Source of the DNA: Malacoraja senta
Lineage: Eukaryota
Assembly: GCA_038087875.1 (NCBI GenBank)
Contig: CM075981.1
Span: forward strand, 72,850,001 to 72,914,000
Reading direction: 5' to 3'
Length of the DNA stretch: 64,000 nt
Of the stretch, positions 1 through 13,660 are shown in pieces. The first letter of the stretch is position 1; each line of letters begins with the position of its first letter. A program made the translations under genes and the position numbers. Below the pieces are notes generated by a model. That model was not told where the DNA came from. It saw only the letters and a program-made list of their open reading frames with translations, and made no database searches.

Positions 1-1059
1 ACACACCAAATTTTCAGTTTTCCAACGTCCTACTCCCTCGCAATACTTGTTAACACTGACACCCAAGCTCAACATAAATTTCTCTCCCTGGTCACACCAT
101 GAATGGTAAGTTTCTTAAACATTTGGTATTTGGTCTGAGATTTGTACCTTACCTAATAATTCACTAATTTCTACCACTGATGACCATGTATCAGAAAAAA
201 CCCCAATCTCTTGCTTTACTCCCTGCAAATACTGCCTCCTTTTTAGCACATTAATTCATCCAAAAATAAACTAATTTTGACCTATCGATCTCCACTAGGT
301 CACCTAATCTTCTGTACCAAAAATAATCTTAACCTTTCTAACCATTTTTGTGTATTACATTGAGCTGCTATACATAAAGGAGGTAGACACAAAATACTGG
401 AGTAACTCAGCGGGACAGGCAGCATCTCTGGAGAGAAGGAATGGGTGACGTTTTGGGTCGAGACCCTTCTTCAGAAGAACATTGGTTAAAAAAGGGTACT
501 GAACTTAAACTCGAGAATTAATTATTGCAATAACAGACAAAATGTAACGATGTGGGATAAGCATAGATATATGTATATAATAAAAAATTCTCCTGGAGAA
601 AATACATCCATGGCAAGGATTAACGTACGTAATTTTACATCAGTCAGACAAATTCATAGAATGTTTTAGTAATTTACCACTGGTTGCCAGTCTTTAAGGG
701 GCAATGTCTATGCGTACTGCAAGACTGGACAAATTTAGTTTAGGGCAGGTTTATAGACAGTTACACGTGAGATTGTTGTAGAAGATTGTGCAAGTAAATT
801 AAGATAACAAATCTGTATTTTATGTTATTTGGAATATTAATTCTGATGTTTGCTGCATCAATGTAAGAATGGCATAAAATCTTTAACCTGAATAAAATAT
901 TAAATGTTACTAACCAAACTCTTGTACCTAATTATTCATGGGATATTGCAGAACCCAAAGTTGTAAAGTGTTGCCAGCACAGGTGGTAGAATAAAAATTC
1001 AAAACAATCTTTAACATTGAAAATCTACTTTCTTTCATTGCAAATACTGAAGACTTTAC

Positions 1060-1135
1060 CTTTAGTTGCTCAGTTAGTTCATGAGCATTTTTAAATATTA
1101 AACCATTTTCTTCGTGTTTCACAAGTTCTGGTAGA
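1060..1135 (-). CDS. ALG1: ALG1 exon 12 ([25 protein letters not shown])
   Basis: 76 bp, AG/GTAAAG boundaries. Confidence 0.94.
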
Positions 1136-4100
1136 CTGTAAAATAATGGGAGGAACTTTACAATTTATCTCAATTACCACAGAATGAAGAGATTAGTGAT
1201 AAGAGGGCTGCAAGGAGTCTGAGAGAAGTTGAAAGAGGCATACAAATACTGAAAATAGACAGAAAATGCTGTTGTAACTCAGTGGGACAGGCAGCACCTG
1301 GAAAGAAGGAATGGGTGAACCCATTCTGAATAAAAGATGTGTGAGAATATGCTTATTCCAAAGATGCAGTTTGGTGCGAGAGATGCTCTTGGGAATGGGA
1401 TATAAAGTCGAATACTGTGAAGAAAGTTTGTATTAAACTGTCACACAACAGTCATAGATGAACTGCGGCCAGCTTTGCATGCTTGAAATAAAAGTTGTTG
1501 AGGTGAACGGAAGAATGATAAATGTATTATTTCACCTTATACATACCACTGGAAATCAAGTGCGCACACAGGCAAACGACAGCCAAACATGTCTACTACC
1601 TTCATTGGCAAATCTAGCCCACTGCTTGATTTATGTAGACAAACTCCTAAATCACCGGATCCTATAAAATGATTACAATCTTTAAGATATGGAAAATTGC
1701 ATTAAAATAAATGTTTACTTCCATTGCATTATGGAACTTCTATTTCAGCATTAAATATTCTAAAAAAATATTTTCCTTCAACATCTTCAGGAATCTAAAT
1801 CACTGAATGATCGCAAGTTACCAATATTTCTATGGATACAAAGTTCTTCATCTTTATAAACTTACTACTAAATATTAATATTCAATAAGCTCAGCTATGT
1901 TCCCTGAAATATGACAAAATACATAAACTATTATGACATATTGGAAGATCTCTCATGCTATCATCCTCAATCAGGTCTGATAGTGAAGTAATGTTAAAAA
2001 ATATATAAAATATTCCTAATAGAATACTTGCATATTAAAAGCGACTGTACCTAGCAGCACTGGGTAGTCCTCGGCTTCCAGCCATGGAGTGCAAATATCA
2101 ACATGCTTAAAATACATTTTTTCAATGACACGGTTATAGAATTCCTTTAGTGGACCTTTTCCTGAAAAACAAAATAAATGTAAACATTTTTACATTGGAG
2201 TTGGTTGCTGAAGGTGGGAAGATTAAACTGCAAGTCCAGGCCAGTGGGGAAAAGAAAGAGGATAGATGGGAGAAGGTGGAGTGAGAAAGAAGGTACGGTT
2301 TGGGGCAGTGAAGAAAATCAGTAATTAAGAGTTTTCCGAGAGGAATGAGGAAGAAAGGATGCTGTTCAGAAATATACCTGTAATAGCACAAACCAGGGAT
2401 GGCAATTTCATACCAGCGGTTATCAGTCCTTCATAGTCTGAAAGGAAAACAGAAAAAGATGCTTAAATTAGAGTAAAACAAAAATGCGCAATCCTTCCAT
2501 AATTTTTCATTTAATACTTGTACAGTCCTTTAAAAATAATGTTCATATTTAAACAGAAAGAAAAATAATCAGAAACCTACCCTCTAAAGCTTTTAATAGA
2601 ATGGAGAAGTCTTCATCCTCTGCAAATCAAAGAAGGATAATCCATTATGGTGAAGCCAAGGAGCTTTCTTCTTGGGCCACATAGGAATCTATCGGACCCA
2701 TAAGTCAAGCTTTAGCACATCTTAAGTTAATATGGATAAATATTAAAATAGGTGATGCAAATAAGCGAGTTCGGTATTCCGACTGCGTAAGCCCAGGTCA
2801 TAGGTTACAAGCTATAAAGTCTCGGCAACGGTGGTGCTGCATTGTGTGCAGGCTTGCGTTTCGTCTGGGGTTGGGGTTGGCTCGTCGCTGAGGGTGCTCT
2901 TGAGTTGCCGGGCGCCCGCTGGAGCTGCTGTTGGTGGTGCTGGCGGCAGCAACAACCTCCTCCCTCTCCCTTGCCCAGCCCCAAGCCCAAAGTCTGGGCC
3001 AGCTCCAACTCCAGGTCGGGACTGAAGGCGCCCGCAGCGCGGCACAGTCTAGCGCAGGGCCAGAGGAGGCCGAGCCCAGGCTGGCGCTCTGGCGCAGGCG
3101 AGGTCGGGCCCCAGCTCCTCCTCAGGGTTGTGGATGAAGTGGCAGCGGGTACTGCAGGGGCAGAAGCCGGTGGTGTGGAAGGTGCGTCTTGTACTTGGGG
3201 TGGCAACTGAGGGAGGGCAGGGGTGAACTGGCACTTGTCGCCGTAGCAGCCCATTGGGGAGCGGGTTCCTCTGCAGTTAGAGTGGGGTTGGGCTGGAGTT
3301 GGTGCTGGCTGTGGTTTCTCCAGTTGGCGCTGGCGGCCGGTGCCCCGTCGGTCCGGACGTCCCCTGGCCGGGATGGGACACTCGAGTGGGGGGGGGGGGG
3401 GAGAACCGAGGATGGTCAATTGGCGGTTCGGCAGCGCTTGCGGCGCCGGGGGCTTAGGTTCGATCCTGGTTGCGGATGAGAGCCAGTCCAGTCATCCCTC
3501 CCACCCGGTCTCTCCCCCGCCCCGTCTCCCACCGAAAAAAGACAAAAAAAAAAATCGGGCGCAAACTATACTCACTGAATCTACAGCGCTTCCTTCGAGA
3601 TTTATAGCGTTCGACCTTTGACAAATCCCATGATTCCTTGCATTTTTCGGAATACCGAACTCGCTTATAGATTTCGCTATGTGCTAACAGCACTAAACCA
3701 AGCCCTCTTCCTGCCTTCTCCCCATATCCCCTCTATGCCATATTTCATCTCTATGTTCTATTCTTCCATCTTTCTAGTCCTTCTAAGATTATATCCATTG
3801 GTATCCCTCTCATCACTCCATCCTGTACTATTTTCACTTGACATATATAATGATCCAATTAGTAGTATGCACACCAAACAGCACAATCAGACTGTTTGTT
3901 TTTTTAAAGAAAAATCTTACCTGTCCAGCTAGTACTGCTCATCAGCAATGCTGGTCTTCCTTGGATATATGAGACATCTCCAGTATTAACATTCAGTTCT
4001 GTAAATGCTGTCTGTTCCAAATTGGAAGGCACAGATTCAATCCTAATTTAACACCAAATATACATTGTTATCCAGTGTCTGAAACTGCAAAATTGTGTCA

Positions 4101-7100
4101 TTAAATAGATCTACTTGCCCAAAAAGGTTTTGGAAGTTGATAGTCGTATAATATGTTTATTTTCTATATCTATTTTTGAAATAAAAATATCATACAAAAA
4201 GATTACTTTGCTACCAAGTATTTAATAAACAAAATGTGTTTAACATTTTCATCACACATATACAACATACCTTGTTCTAAATGGTGCAAAATCCTTAGCA
4301 AGCTTCTTAAACAACTTATGTTGCAATTCAAGAGGAGTTTCTTTGAAAATGGGAGATGGGGTATCATATAAAGTGATTGCCCTGTTAAAAAAAAACATAG
4401 CCTTTTTAGAAAAATAGACAAGCACACTCAATGTTCTACAGAAAATTAACCCAAGTAAAATGGTCATTGAATGTCTAGAAAAGCATACAGCTAAAAACTC
4501 CGAATTATGATTTATCTTCTTTTTAATTATTCATATTTGAGATCTGGGTGGTGCTGACGAGGCCAGCATTTATTACCCATCCATAATTGTCGTGAGAAGG
4601 TAATGGCGCACTGCCTTATTGAACTGTTGCAGTCATTTTGGTGGAGACCGTACCCATGGTGCTTTTGGGTAGGGAGTTCCACGATTTAGACCCAGCAATG
4701 AAGGGCCAGCGATATACTTCCAAGTCAGGATGGAGAACTTGCAGGTAATTTGTTCCCAAGCCATTGTCCTTCTTGGTGACATATGTTGCAGATTTGGAAG
4801 ATGCTGTAAGAGGAACCTGGGTGAGTAACCGAGTGCATTTTGTAGGTGATAAATACTGCAATCATTGTGCAGAAGGTGGGAAGAATGAAGAATGAATGTT
4901 TAGCGAGTGCCAATCAAACAAGCTTCAATGTCCTGTATATCGTTGAAGTTGCATTAATTTAGGCTGGTGGAATAATCCATCATGTTCCTGTGTTAACAAT
5001 AGGTCGTTAAATGCTCTCTTGTTGGAGATGGTCATCGTTACATGCATAATATTATGTTCAACTCATTAGCCCATACCTGAATGTTGAATAGGTCTGAATG
5101 TTGAACGACCTGTTTTATCTGCTCAGGAGTTGTGAATGGAATTAAACATTGTGCTATCATCAGCAAACAGCTCCATATCTGACCTTATAATGAAAGGATT
5201 GTCACTGATGAAGACGTTGTGCGTGAGTCACTGCCCTAAAAAAGGCGGTAAGTGATGTCCTGGAACTAGAATGATCGGTCTCTGATGACCACAACTATAT
5301 TTTTTGTACGAGGTACGACTTCAACCATTGATGCAGTTAAATTCAGTTTTACCAAGGCCCCTTGATAAGGGGCCCCTTGATCAGTCAAATGCAGCCTTTA
5401 TGTCGAGAGCAATCATTTAACCTCACCTCTGGAATTAAGCAATTTGGTCCATATTTGAAACAGTCTTGGCAAAACCTAATGTAGGCATTAGGATTATAAG
5501 TGCTTCTTCATAGCACTCCTTAGGAACTAAAACTAAAATTAATATTAGGGAGCTATTTGTATTTTACTTTGGAAATTACTAGAACTGAAGCATTCTGTCC
5601 AATTAAATATCAATTGAAAATTAGAATCTGAGCTGGCTTGGTAATTAGGTTGGAATACTGACCAACTTCTGACTAATATATAATTTTTAGAATTCTACCT
5701 TTTCATACTTAACTCCACAACCTGACTTGATGTAACCAGGAACCTTCCTAAAAACTAATTATTAGCCAGAAACATTCAAATTTCAAAACTCAGCCACAAA
5801 ATACAAGCAGCCCACAATGACACAATAGACATCCGATCTATACATTGCGGGAATAAATAATGACACTAATTGAAGCTACCCAATTAAAGAACGCATAATG
5901 AGCTGGGTTTATAAAACAGAATAATGCTGAAGACATACGTGGATCAGAAAGGTTGAGGGATATGGGCCAAACATGGGAAATGGGACTAGCTTAGATGGGG
6001 CATCTTGATTGGGGGCTTAAAGGCCTGTTTCTTTGCTGTATGACTATTATGATTTTTTAAAGAAATTCTAGTCAATTTTGCTTACATCTACAATGGTTAA
6101 AGTATAAATGCTCACTTAATATTCCAGTTTGTGTTCAAGTCTTCTTTCATGGCTTCACTTACACACAGATTTGAATCAGACAGCTTTCCAAAAAAATGCT
6201 CATACCTATTTAAAAACAAAATCAATGCATAAATAGATTACAATGTGGCATAATGTAATATTATCCACTGAGGTAGAAAAAATATGAACACAGAATATTT
6301 TCAATGAGAGAGAATGAAAGGTGTTACGGTTCAGAGACCCATTTCTGTGCTCCCTGTACACTAACATCCACGTGCTACAAGCTAAACTTGTGGTCTACTG
6401 GGCAGCAATAATCTCTGCCCTCTTCCTGCAATGCACTTCAACAAAAGCTTTTCACTGTACCTCGCTACATATGACAATAAACTAAACTGAAACTGAATCT
6501 GATCATTGCTGTATCTGCAAAATCCTCTATATTCACTGGAGAGAAAAATGAACCAACATCAGTGTCTTCTCCCAGGTTCTATTTGCATTCATCGGGTCCA
6601 TTGAGCTGACCATATTGGCCATGTGCCTGATAACAGGATCCCAAAACAGAATCTATTTTTAACTCTGTCATTGGAAAGAACTACTGGGAGGCAGAGGAAA
6701 AAGATGGAAGGAGATGCTCAAGACCTCTTGAAGAAATACCACATTCACATTAACTGCAGGGAATTTCTTGCTTGGTTATGCCCCTAAAGTACATAGAAGT
6801 CCTGCACAGGTAACGTAACCAGCACACCATCGCACACACCACCCATCTATTTATCTTGTTAGTCACCTTCTGTCTCATCTGTGGAGGGTTCTGAAGCTAC
6901 ACATTACACTCATAGGCACCTCAAAAGAGTGTGGAAGCAAGTTATCCTTGGTGCCTAAGGACCATTCAAGAAGAAAAAAGTGAAATGAATTAGGAAAGCA
7001 AACGATATGTTTGTCTGAAGGGTCCTGAAAAGTCACATATTCTCTCGAGATGCTGCCTGTCCTGCTGAGTTACTCCAGCATTTTGTGTCTATCTTTGGTG

Positions 7101-10100
7101 TAAACCAGCATCTGTAGTTCCTTTCAACACAATATGTTGGGCTTTGTTTTTGGAAGATTTGAATAGAAGATTTGAGACATCTGGTTTAGTCTCACTAGGT
7201 AAGGTAATTAAGGATAGAGGAAGTGCCACAAAAGCTCGTCAAATTGATTCATGGTTGGCAGATTTGTCACAAGAGGAGATGATGCAGGCTGGAGCTACAC
7301 CTTCGAGTATAGCAGAAGGTGGGTCAATCTCATTGAAATATACATTATTCTTGTTGGGACTTGACAGGTAATTGCAGGAATTACGTTTGCCTTGGCTGGG
7401 GTATCTAGAGTCAGGGTTATACATTCATGACTGACACATGAAGACATTTCTTCAGCCTGGTGATGGCGAGTCAGAATTAGGTCATTTGGCCCATGCTGTC
7501 AAGGTTCAGTCATCTGCATGTTCAAGCAAAGATGAATACAGTCTAAAAAAGTGTGCTGGAGTAACTCAGCAGGTCAGGCAGCATCGCTGTAATACATGTA
7601 TAGACGTTTCAGTTTGGGACCCTTCTTCGGACTAATAATAGTAGAGGAGGAAAGTTGAAAAAGAGATGGAGGTGGAAAAGCATAGCAAGTGACAGGTGGA
7701 TACTGAGAGGGGTGGGGAGAAAGATGGGGTGGATACTGAGAGGGGTGGGGAGAAAGGTGGGGTTCCCAACCTGGGATAAATTTACCCCCAGGGAGTAAAT
7801 TTCACCTACCCAGGGGGTAAATTTGTTGATTCTGGATTTGTAATCTCATTGACTGATTGTGTTTGGTTCTGGTATACCAGTATCTGTTCATCATTAGTTG
7901 TTCATAAATAAGTGAAATAACATTGTTATGTGCTATTAAAGTTGCCAGGGGTAAACGGGACAAAAAAGGTTGGGAACCCCTGCTGTAAGATAAGAACAGA
8001 AGAGGATTGAAATGTAAAGTTAGAGGAAAGGATATAGGTGGTAGGGAGCAGCAGAAGGATGGTCATAAGTGATTGGAGCAGAATTAGGTCATTTGACCCA
8101 TCAAGTCTACTCCGCCATTCAATCATGGTTGATCTATCTCTCCCTCCAAACCCCATTCTCCTACCTTCTCCAAATAACCCCCGACACCTGTACTAATCAA
8201 GAAACTATCTCCAGATATATATAAATACATTTTAGGTATAAGGGTATCCAGGAATATGGGTAGTGCAGGAATATGTCACCGAGGTAAAAGATCAGCCGTG
8301 ATGTTACTGAACGAAGCAGGTGTGAGAGGCCTATTGTTACTTGTATGTTCTTATGTTATAGTTCATCAGTTGTCTAAAAGCCCTGTCCCACTGTACGAGT
8401 TCATTCAAGAGTTCTCCCGAGTTTGCCCTGATTCGAACTCGGAGATTTACGGTAATGGCCGCTCGTAGGTACTCTGGGCTCTGGTGGACATTTTTCAACA
8501 TGCTGAAAAATCTTCACGAGTCTTCCTGAGCTTACCGCGTTTCCCAAGTACCTGCCGTTAGTGTTACGAGCCGCTAAGAGACGTCCCCGAGCTCCGACGT
8601 ACCCGCTACGTACATTCTATGTGCTTCCATGAGTTTGATTTTTTATTTAAACTCGGAAGAGCTCTTGAATGAACTCGTATTTGTGCGAAACAATAAAATT
8701 TACTGATTCTTCAAGTAAACAGTGTATAGAACAGCCATAATAAGATGTTTAAAAAAAATCAAAACTACATATAGAAAATCATTCTGTGCTTACCATTTGG
8801 CAATCAGCACAATCAGATGATGATCTCCATGTGTCAGTCCCATAATAGTGTAACCATAATTATGCCAGTCAATAATAAATTTACTTCCTCTTAACAAACA
8901 TACTGCCCACACAACTGCAATAGCAGGGAGGCCTGGAGGATTCTGTTTGAAATTGTTAAAAAAAAAAGCACAGAAAATTTAATCTTATCAATTTATTATA
9001 ATTCAGAGAAAAGAAAGCCAAAAAGAGCCAATCTTCTACCTGCAGCAGCATGTACGATGGTGGATCAATCCTTAAGAGGACATAACATATTTGCAACGTC
9101 TGCACAAAGATCTTGACCCCATATTGAAAAATCTTTGGTCCAACTATAAAATTTAAAACAAATCTCAACCCTTTGAAAACAGTGGTTACAAAACATTTAA
9201 AAATATCTTTGCATCACAGACGTTTTTTGTTTTTAACTAAAGTTAAATCCTTATCAACGACTGGGTTAATTTGGTATGTTCAAATTGCTTTCTTCTACAT
9301 TTTAATATTAATAATAAAATGTGTTCGTTTGTAAACATCATGTCTCTACAAGCATTTCAAACACTCTTGTCTTTTGGCCCCTTTTTCTTGTGCCGGCTTT
9401 TATAGGGGTATCTCATTAATCCCATTCCCATGCTCTTCCTCCACACTCCTACAAATTTGCTCTTTCACAAGCCTATTGGGAGTTACAACTGAATCTCCTT
9501 CCATCACTCTTCCAGGCATAGATTTTACAATGTGATCTCTGTATTTCCACTCCTCCAATATTTTTGGCTAGGTACTCTTAAATTTATGTCTTGATTACTG
9601 GCCCACATGGCAGTTGAAACATATTTTCCATACGTAATTTTCCCAAGCATTGTTTGGCTTAATCATGCTGGAGCTGGAACATTATTCAGACTCTCCACAC
9701 ATCTGTAATAACCTTGCCTGAATACAAAGATGGAATCGCACGGGGCATCTGGATCTTGGAGATATAGGAAAGCCTCCGTGGCCTGTGTGTCTCAAGGGAC
9801 ATACAATGGAGGCTCCGACAAAGACTAGAGAGCATAGCTTTATGGTGAAAGTGACAAAGTTTAAAGAAGATCTGCAGGGCAAGTTTTTTTTTGTGGTGGG
9901 TGCCTGGAACACACTGCCAGGGATAGTGGGGGATGCAGATGCAACAGGGCATTTAAGAGACTTTCATGTGGGCACATGGACATCCATGGATATCCTGATG
10001 ACCTAAAGCCATTGGGCTATTAAACAATACAGCTTCCAATAAGCTCTGAACTACATAGGACTATTATTATTATTGCACTGTTATTGTTAGTTTTTTAGGT

Positions 10101-13100
10101 GTATGTTTGTGTGTGCATGTATACACATTGAACTTTTTTTCTTATTAATTATACTGTTTACAGCGTACTACGTTTACATATTCTGTTGTGCTGCTGCAAA
10201 TAAGAATGTAATTGTTCTATTTGGGACATATGATGATAAAACACTCTTGACTTGCATATGCAGGGAATGTAGGGATATGGATTCTGTGCAGGCACAGATT
10301 AATTTAACGGATCATTTTCAGCACGGACATTGTGGGCCGAAGGGCCTGCCCCTGTGTTGTACTGTTCTATATTCAATGTAATCCCATAAATCTTTTCCCA
10401 ATACTTTTTTCCATAAAAACTTTTTAATTTCACTTGCCCTTCATCACCCACCTCATTCTCCCATTACCCAGCTACATTATGGGCAAATTAGCTGTGGCCA
10501 ATTAACCTTGGCTAATGTTTAAAAGACAGGTAGACTTCTGCTGCCTCAAACACAAGAAGAAGATATGGATAGGATGGGTTTAGAGGGCTAAGAGCCAAAT
10601 GGGATTAGTCCATTACGACCAGCCTGGACAAGGTGGACCAAGGGGCCTGATTCAGTGCTGTATGGCTCTGAATGTCCTAGAATTGAGATGCTGAATTTCC
10701 TTTGCCATCTGAGGAAGTAGACGCATGCTTTCTTGGTCATTGCGTTGATATGTCCAGGACAAGTTGCTGGTGATATTTACTCCGAGGAACTTGAAGCTTT
10801 CAACCTCTACTTCCTCTACAACCTCATCTCTACTTCGGCACCATCACGCCCCAGACTGCATCAATAGTGCTAAAGTGAAGATGGTCATGAACTTTAAGTT
10901 CTGGTACAATCACATTGACATCATGGCCAAGAAAGCACACCAATGACTCTACTTCCTCATATGACAAAGGAAATTCAGCATGTCTCAATTGACTCATAAA
11001 TTTCTGCAGATGCATTATAGAAAACATCCTATTGGATGTATCATTGTTTGACATCTGCAGAAATTGTAGAGTTGTGGATCCTGCCCAGTCCATCACGCAA
11101 ACCAGCCTCTCCTCCATCGACTCTATGTATACTTTACGTAGCCTCGGGAAAGCAGCCAACATAATCAAGGACCACTCATACACCAGCCATTCCCCCTTCT
11201 CCCTTCACCCTTCACCCATTGGGCAGAAGATGCAAAAGTCTGAAAACGTGTATCACCAGATTCAGGATAACAAAATGCTGTTATCAGACTACTGAATGGT
11301 CCTCTTATAAGCTAAACTTGTATTCCAATTTTCCAAATGTCCTGCAACTACTTTTTAAAATATGGATTGTTGTATTTTTCCAACAATAGTGTTAGATCAA
11401 ATAGTCTACAGTTTCCTGCTACCTGCTACCCCAATTCATTGCAGCCCTTGAATTCTTTCTCTGTAGCTGTAACACTTTACTCTGCATGGTTTGATTGTAT
11501 TCACACATGACATGGATGTTTAACCCAGATAGCAATCAAAAACGTTTTTCACTGTATCTCAATACATGTGGCAATATAAAGCAACATATATAATTAGTGT
11601 AACAAATATGGCAGTACTTACATTTTGTTGCTGTCTTCACTTCTGTTAAGTAGACAATTTTGATCTTATCATTATTTAAAACATCTTTATGAGGTTTTGC
11701 ACCTGAAAAACATAATTCAAACAGTTGAAAAAAATCTGGAAATGATAGATTTCAATAACAAACTTTAGAGATAGAGTTTAAAGAAACAGCTCACCAAATC
11801 TATGCCAACCATCAATCACTCTGTTCATTCTAGTTCTATCCTATCCCAATATCTTATCCACTTCCAACACATTAGCAGCGATTTCATAGAGGACAATTAA
11901 CCTATAAACATACATGTCTTTTGAATGTGGGAGAAAACCGGAAGCATCCAGGGCTCTGGTGCTGTGAGGCAACAGCTCTGCCAGCTGCCACACTGTGCAC
12001 CTAGTATCAAACAACGATGTGTAAAAACAAATATACCAAACCCTACAGCATTCTTTGTTCAAACTAAATACAAAAAATCACATCCAGTGCAAATCACTAA
12101 AGACGAGAAACAAATCAATCCAATATGTGTGAGGTTTAAGCACCAAAAGTCTAGGTTTTGGCTCCAATGCACAGCCAGCAGCATTAAGATGTTAGAAATG
12201 CTGAATTTTTAAAGAAATCTTAGGGGGACCCTGCTAGATCCTTGCATAATCATAACTCAAAATAAATACATTATTACAATGATGTTTGTAATTAAGTGCC
12301 TCAAATTAAAGAAAGTGGTCTTGGGTTTGCTCAAAACGTTTCCCCTCACTTAGTCAAATATAAGGCATTTGATTGATTTACTTGTATGATTAATTGTTTA
12401 GGAAGGAAGACCTTGATTAGGTCTGAAGAAGGGTCTCTACCTGAAATGTCACCCATTCTTTTTCACCTGAGATGCTGCCTGTCCTGCTGAGTCACTCCAG
12501 TATTTTGTGTCTGTGATTAATTGTTATTGGCTTTACTTAAATACGGTTAAATACGTAAGAATTAATTGGAGCACATTGGTGAGACATCACACTTGTAAAA
12601 TGCATCACACTTAAGATGTTGGTGAGGCCACATTTAGTGTATTGTGTTCAGTTTTGGGCACCATGTTATAGGAAAGATGTTGTCAAATTGGAAAGGGTAC
12701 AGAGAAGATTTACGAGGATGTTGCCAGGACTAGAGGGTCTGAGCTATGGGGAGAGGTCGAGTAGGCTGGGACTCTACTTCTTGGAGCGCAGGAGGAGGGG
12801 TGATCTTATAGAGGTGTATAAAATCATGAGAGGAATAGATCAGGTGGATGCGCAGAATATCTTGCCCAGAGTAGGTGAATCGAGGACAAGAGGACATGGG
12901 TTTAAGGTGAAGGGGAAAAGATTTAATAGGAATCGGAGGGGTACATTTTTCACACAAACGGTGGTGGTGGGGGGTATGGAACAAGCTTCCAGATAAGGTA
13001 GTTGAGGCTGAGACTATCCCAACATTTAAGAAGCAGTTAGACAGGTACATGGATAGGACAGATTTGGATGGGAGATGGTCCAAACGCGGGCAGGTGGGAC

Positions 13101-13490
13101 TTGTGTAGCTGGGACATGTTTGGCAGGTGTGGGCCAGATGGACCGAAGGGCCTGTTTCCACACTGTATCACACTATGACTTGTAGAAGGTGGCTAGTTTA
13201 GCCTTGGTCTTGAACGCACCGGGATAGCCGACAGCAGTGACACTGAAGCCGTGCCGGGCCAGCGACAGCGTGTGGTACAACATGCGGGGGCTGCGGCCCA
13301 GGTCGCCCATCACCAGCACACAGACGGAGCGGCGACTGCTGCCTCCTCGGCCTCGCCGCCGGCGACTCCACACGACCGGCACCAACAACAACAACAGCAG
13401 CAGTAGTAGAGCCACGCTCGCACCCGCGAGGTAAAGACTGCAGAGGGAAACCGCCAGGAATAAAGCGGATAGAAACCACAACGCCGCCAT
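1060..13490 (-). CDS. ALG1: ALG1 chitobiosyldiphosphodolichol beta-mannosyltransferase, gene span of coding exons 1-12 (final exon not found in window)
   Basis: Twelve GT-AG exons join in frame and give the diagnostic motifs [66 protein letters not shown] and [11 protein letters not shown]. Confidence 0.97.
1547..1661 (-). CDS. ALG1: ALG1 exon 11 ([27 protein letters not shown])
   Basis: 115 bp, AG/GTATG boundaries. Confidence 0.95.
2051..2161 (-). CDS. ALG1: ALG1 exon 10 (KGPLKEFY...[13 protein letters not shown])
   Basis: 111 bp, AG/GT boundaries. Confidence 0.95.
2378..2437 (-). CDS. ALG1: ALG1 exon 9 ([20 protein letters not shown])
   Basis: 60 bp, AG/GT boundaries. Confidence 0.93.
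2581..2619 (-). CDS. ALG1: ALG1 exon 8 ([13 protein letters not shown])
   Basis: 39 bp, AG/GTAGG boundaries. Confidence 0.94.
2761..3668 (-). mobile_element. TIR element carrying ZFP36-family fragment, internally deleted copy, in ALG1 intron 7
   Basis: Perfect 21-bp TIR ATAAGCGAGTTCGGTATTCCG / CGGAATACCGAACTCGCTTAT; internal YGDKCQFT and [22 protein letters not shown]. Confidence 0.85.
3921..4042 (-). CDS. ALG1: ALG1 exon 7 (...[13 protein letters not shown])
   Basis: 122 bp, AG/GTAAG boundaries. Confidence 0.94.
4271..4381 (-). CDS. ALG1: ALG1 exon 6 ([24 protein letters not shown])
   Basis: 111 bp, AG/GTATG boundaries. Confidence 0.94.
4520..5480. mobile_element. Degenerate LINE fragment
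   Basis: Decayed RT-like text (antisense FADD-like motif near 5160) and a repeat-like end; boundaries approximate. Confidence 0.45.
6116..6205 (-). CDS. ALG1: ALG1 exon 5 ([23 protein letters not shown])
   Basis: 90 bp, AG/GTGAG boundaries. Confidence 0.94.
7757..7982. mobile_element. hAT-like MITE
   Basis: TIR GGGGTTCCCAACCT / AGGTTGGGAACCCCTG. Confidence 0.65.
8378..8679. mobile_element. PIF/Harbinger-like MITE (one end truncated)
   Basis: TAA then AAGCCCTGTCCCAC terminus; inverted homologue of 21130-21453. Confidence 0.75.
8794..8942 (-). CDS. ALG1: ALG1 exon 4 ([10 protein letters not shown]...DWHNYGY...IAKW)
   Basis: 149 bp, AG/GTAAG boundaries. Confidence 0.95.
9040..9143 (-). CDS. 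ALG1: ALG1 exon 3 ([10 protein letters not shown]...YMLLQ)
   Basis: 104 bp, AG/GT boundaries, homologous peptide. Confidence 0.94.
10690..11300 (+). mobile_element. LINE (Rex1/Babar- or L2-like) RT C-terminal fragment with an inverted 5' piece
   Basis: KKAHQ.LYFL..RKF motif at ~10930; antisense copy of the same motif at ~10700-10810. Confidence 0.6.
11622..11702 (-). CDS. ALG1: ALG1 exon 2 ([22 protein letters not shown])
   Basis: 81 bp, AG/GTAAG boundaries, phase 1-1. Confidence 0.92.
12616..13175 (+). mobile_element. CR1 LINE 3' fragment in ALG1 intron 1
   Basis: [34 protein letters not shown]...[10 protein letters not shown]. Confidence 0.93.
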
Positions 13491-13660
13491 AACGCCAACG
13501 GCGGGAGGAGGAGCAGCAACGACGTGGCTGCAGCGCGAAGCCCGCGCGTGGGCGCACAGTCAACGCAGCCGGGGCCCCTAGTGGAACCCCGGACCCTGCA
13601 TTCCTGCATTCACTACAAAGCCTCTGTGCTGCTGCTGCTGAACCAGGAACATGCGCGCTA
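13200..13660. promoter_or_regulatory. CpG-rich island over ALG1 exon 1 / probable promoter
   Basis: High GC and CpG density against an AT-rich background, overlapping the ALG1 start. Confidence 0.65.
13220..13490 (-). CDS. ALG1: ALG1 exon 1 (signal-anchor + [21 protein letters not shown])
   Basis: ATG at 13490; GT donor after GYP-G; lies in CpG-rich sequence. Confidence 0.95.

Noticed and set aside
1-1000. ALG1 final exon
   Set aside because: No matching peptide recognised; probably outside the window.
2805-3621. Cluster of overlapping GC-rich ORFs as genes
   Set aside because: By-products of the GC-rich element; only the ZFP36 fragments have recognisable homology.
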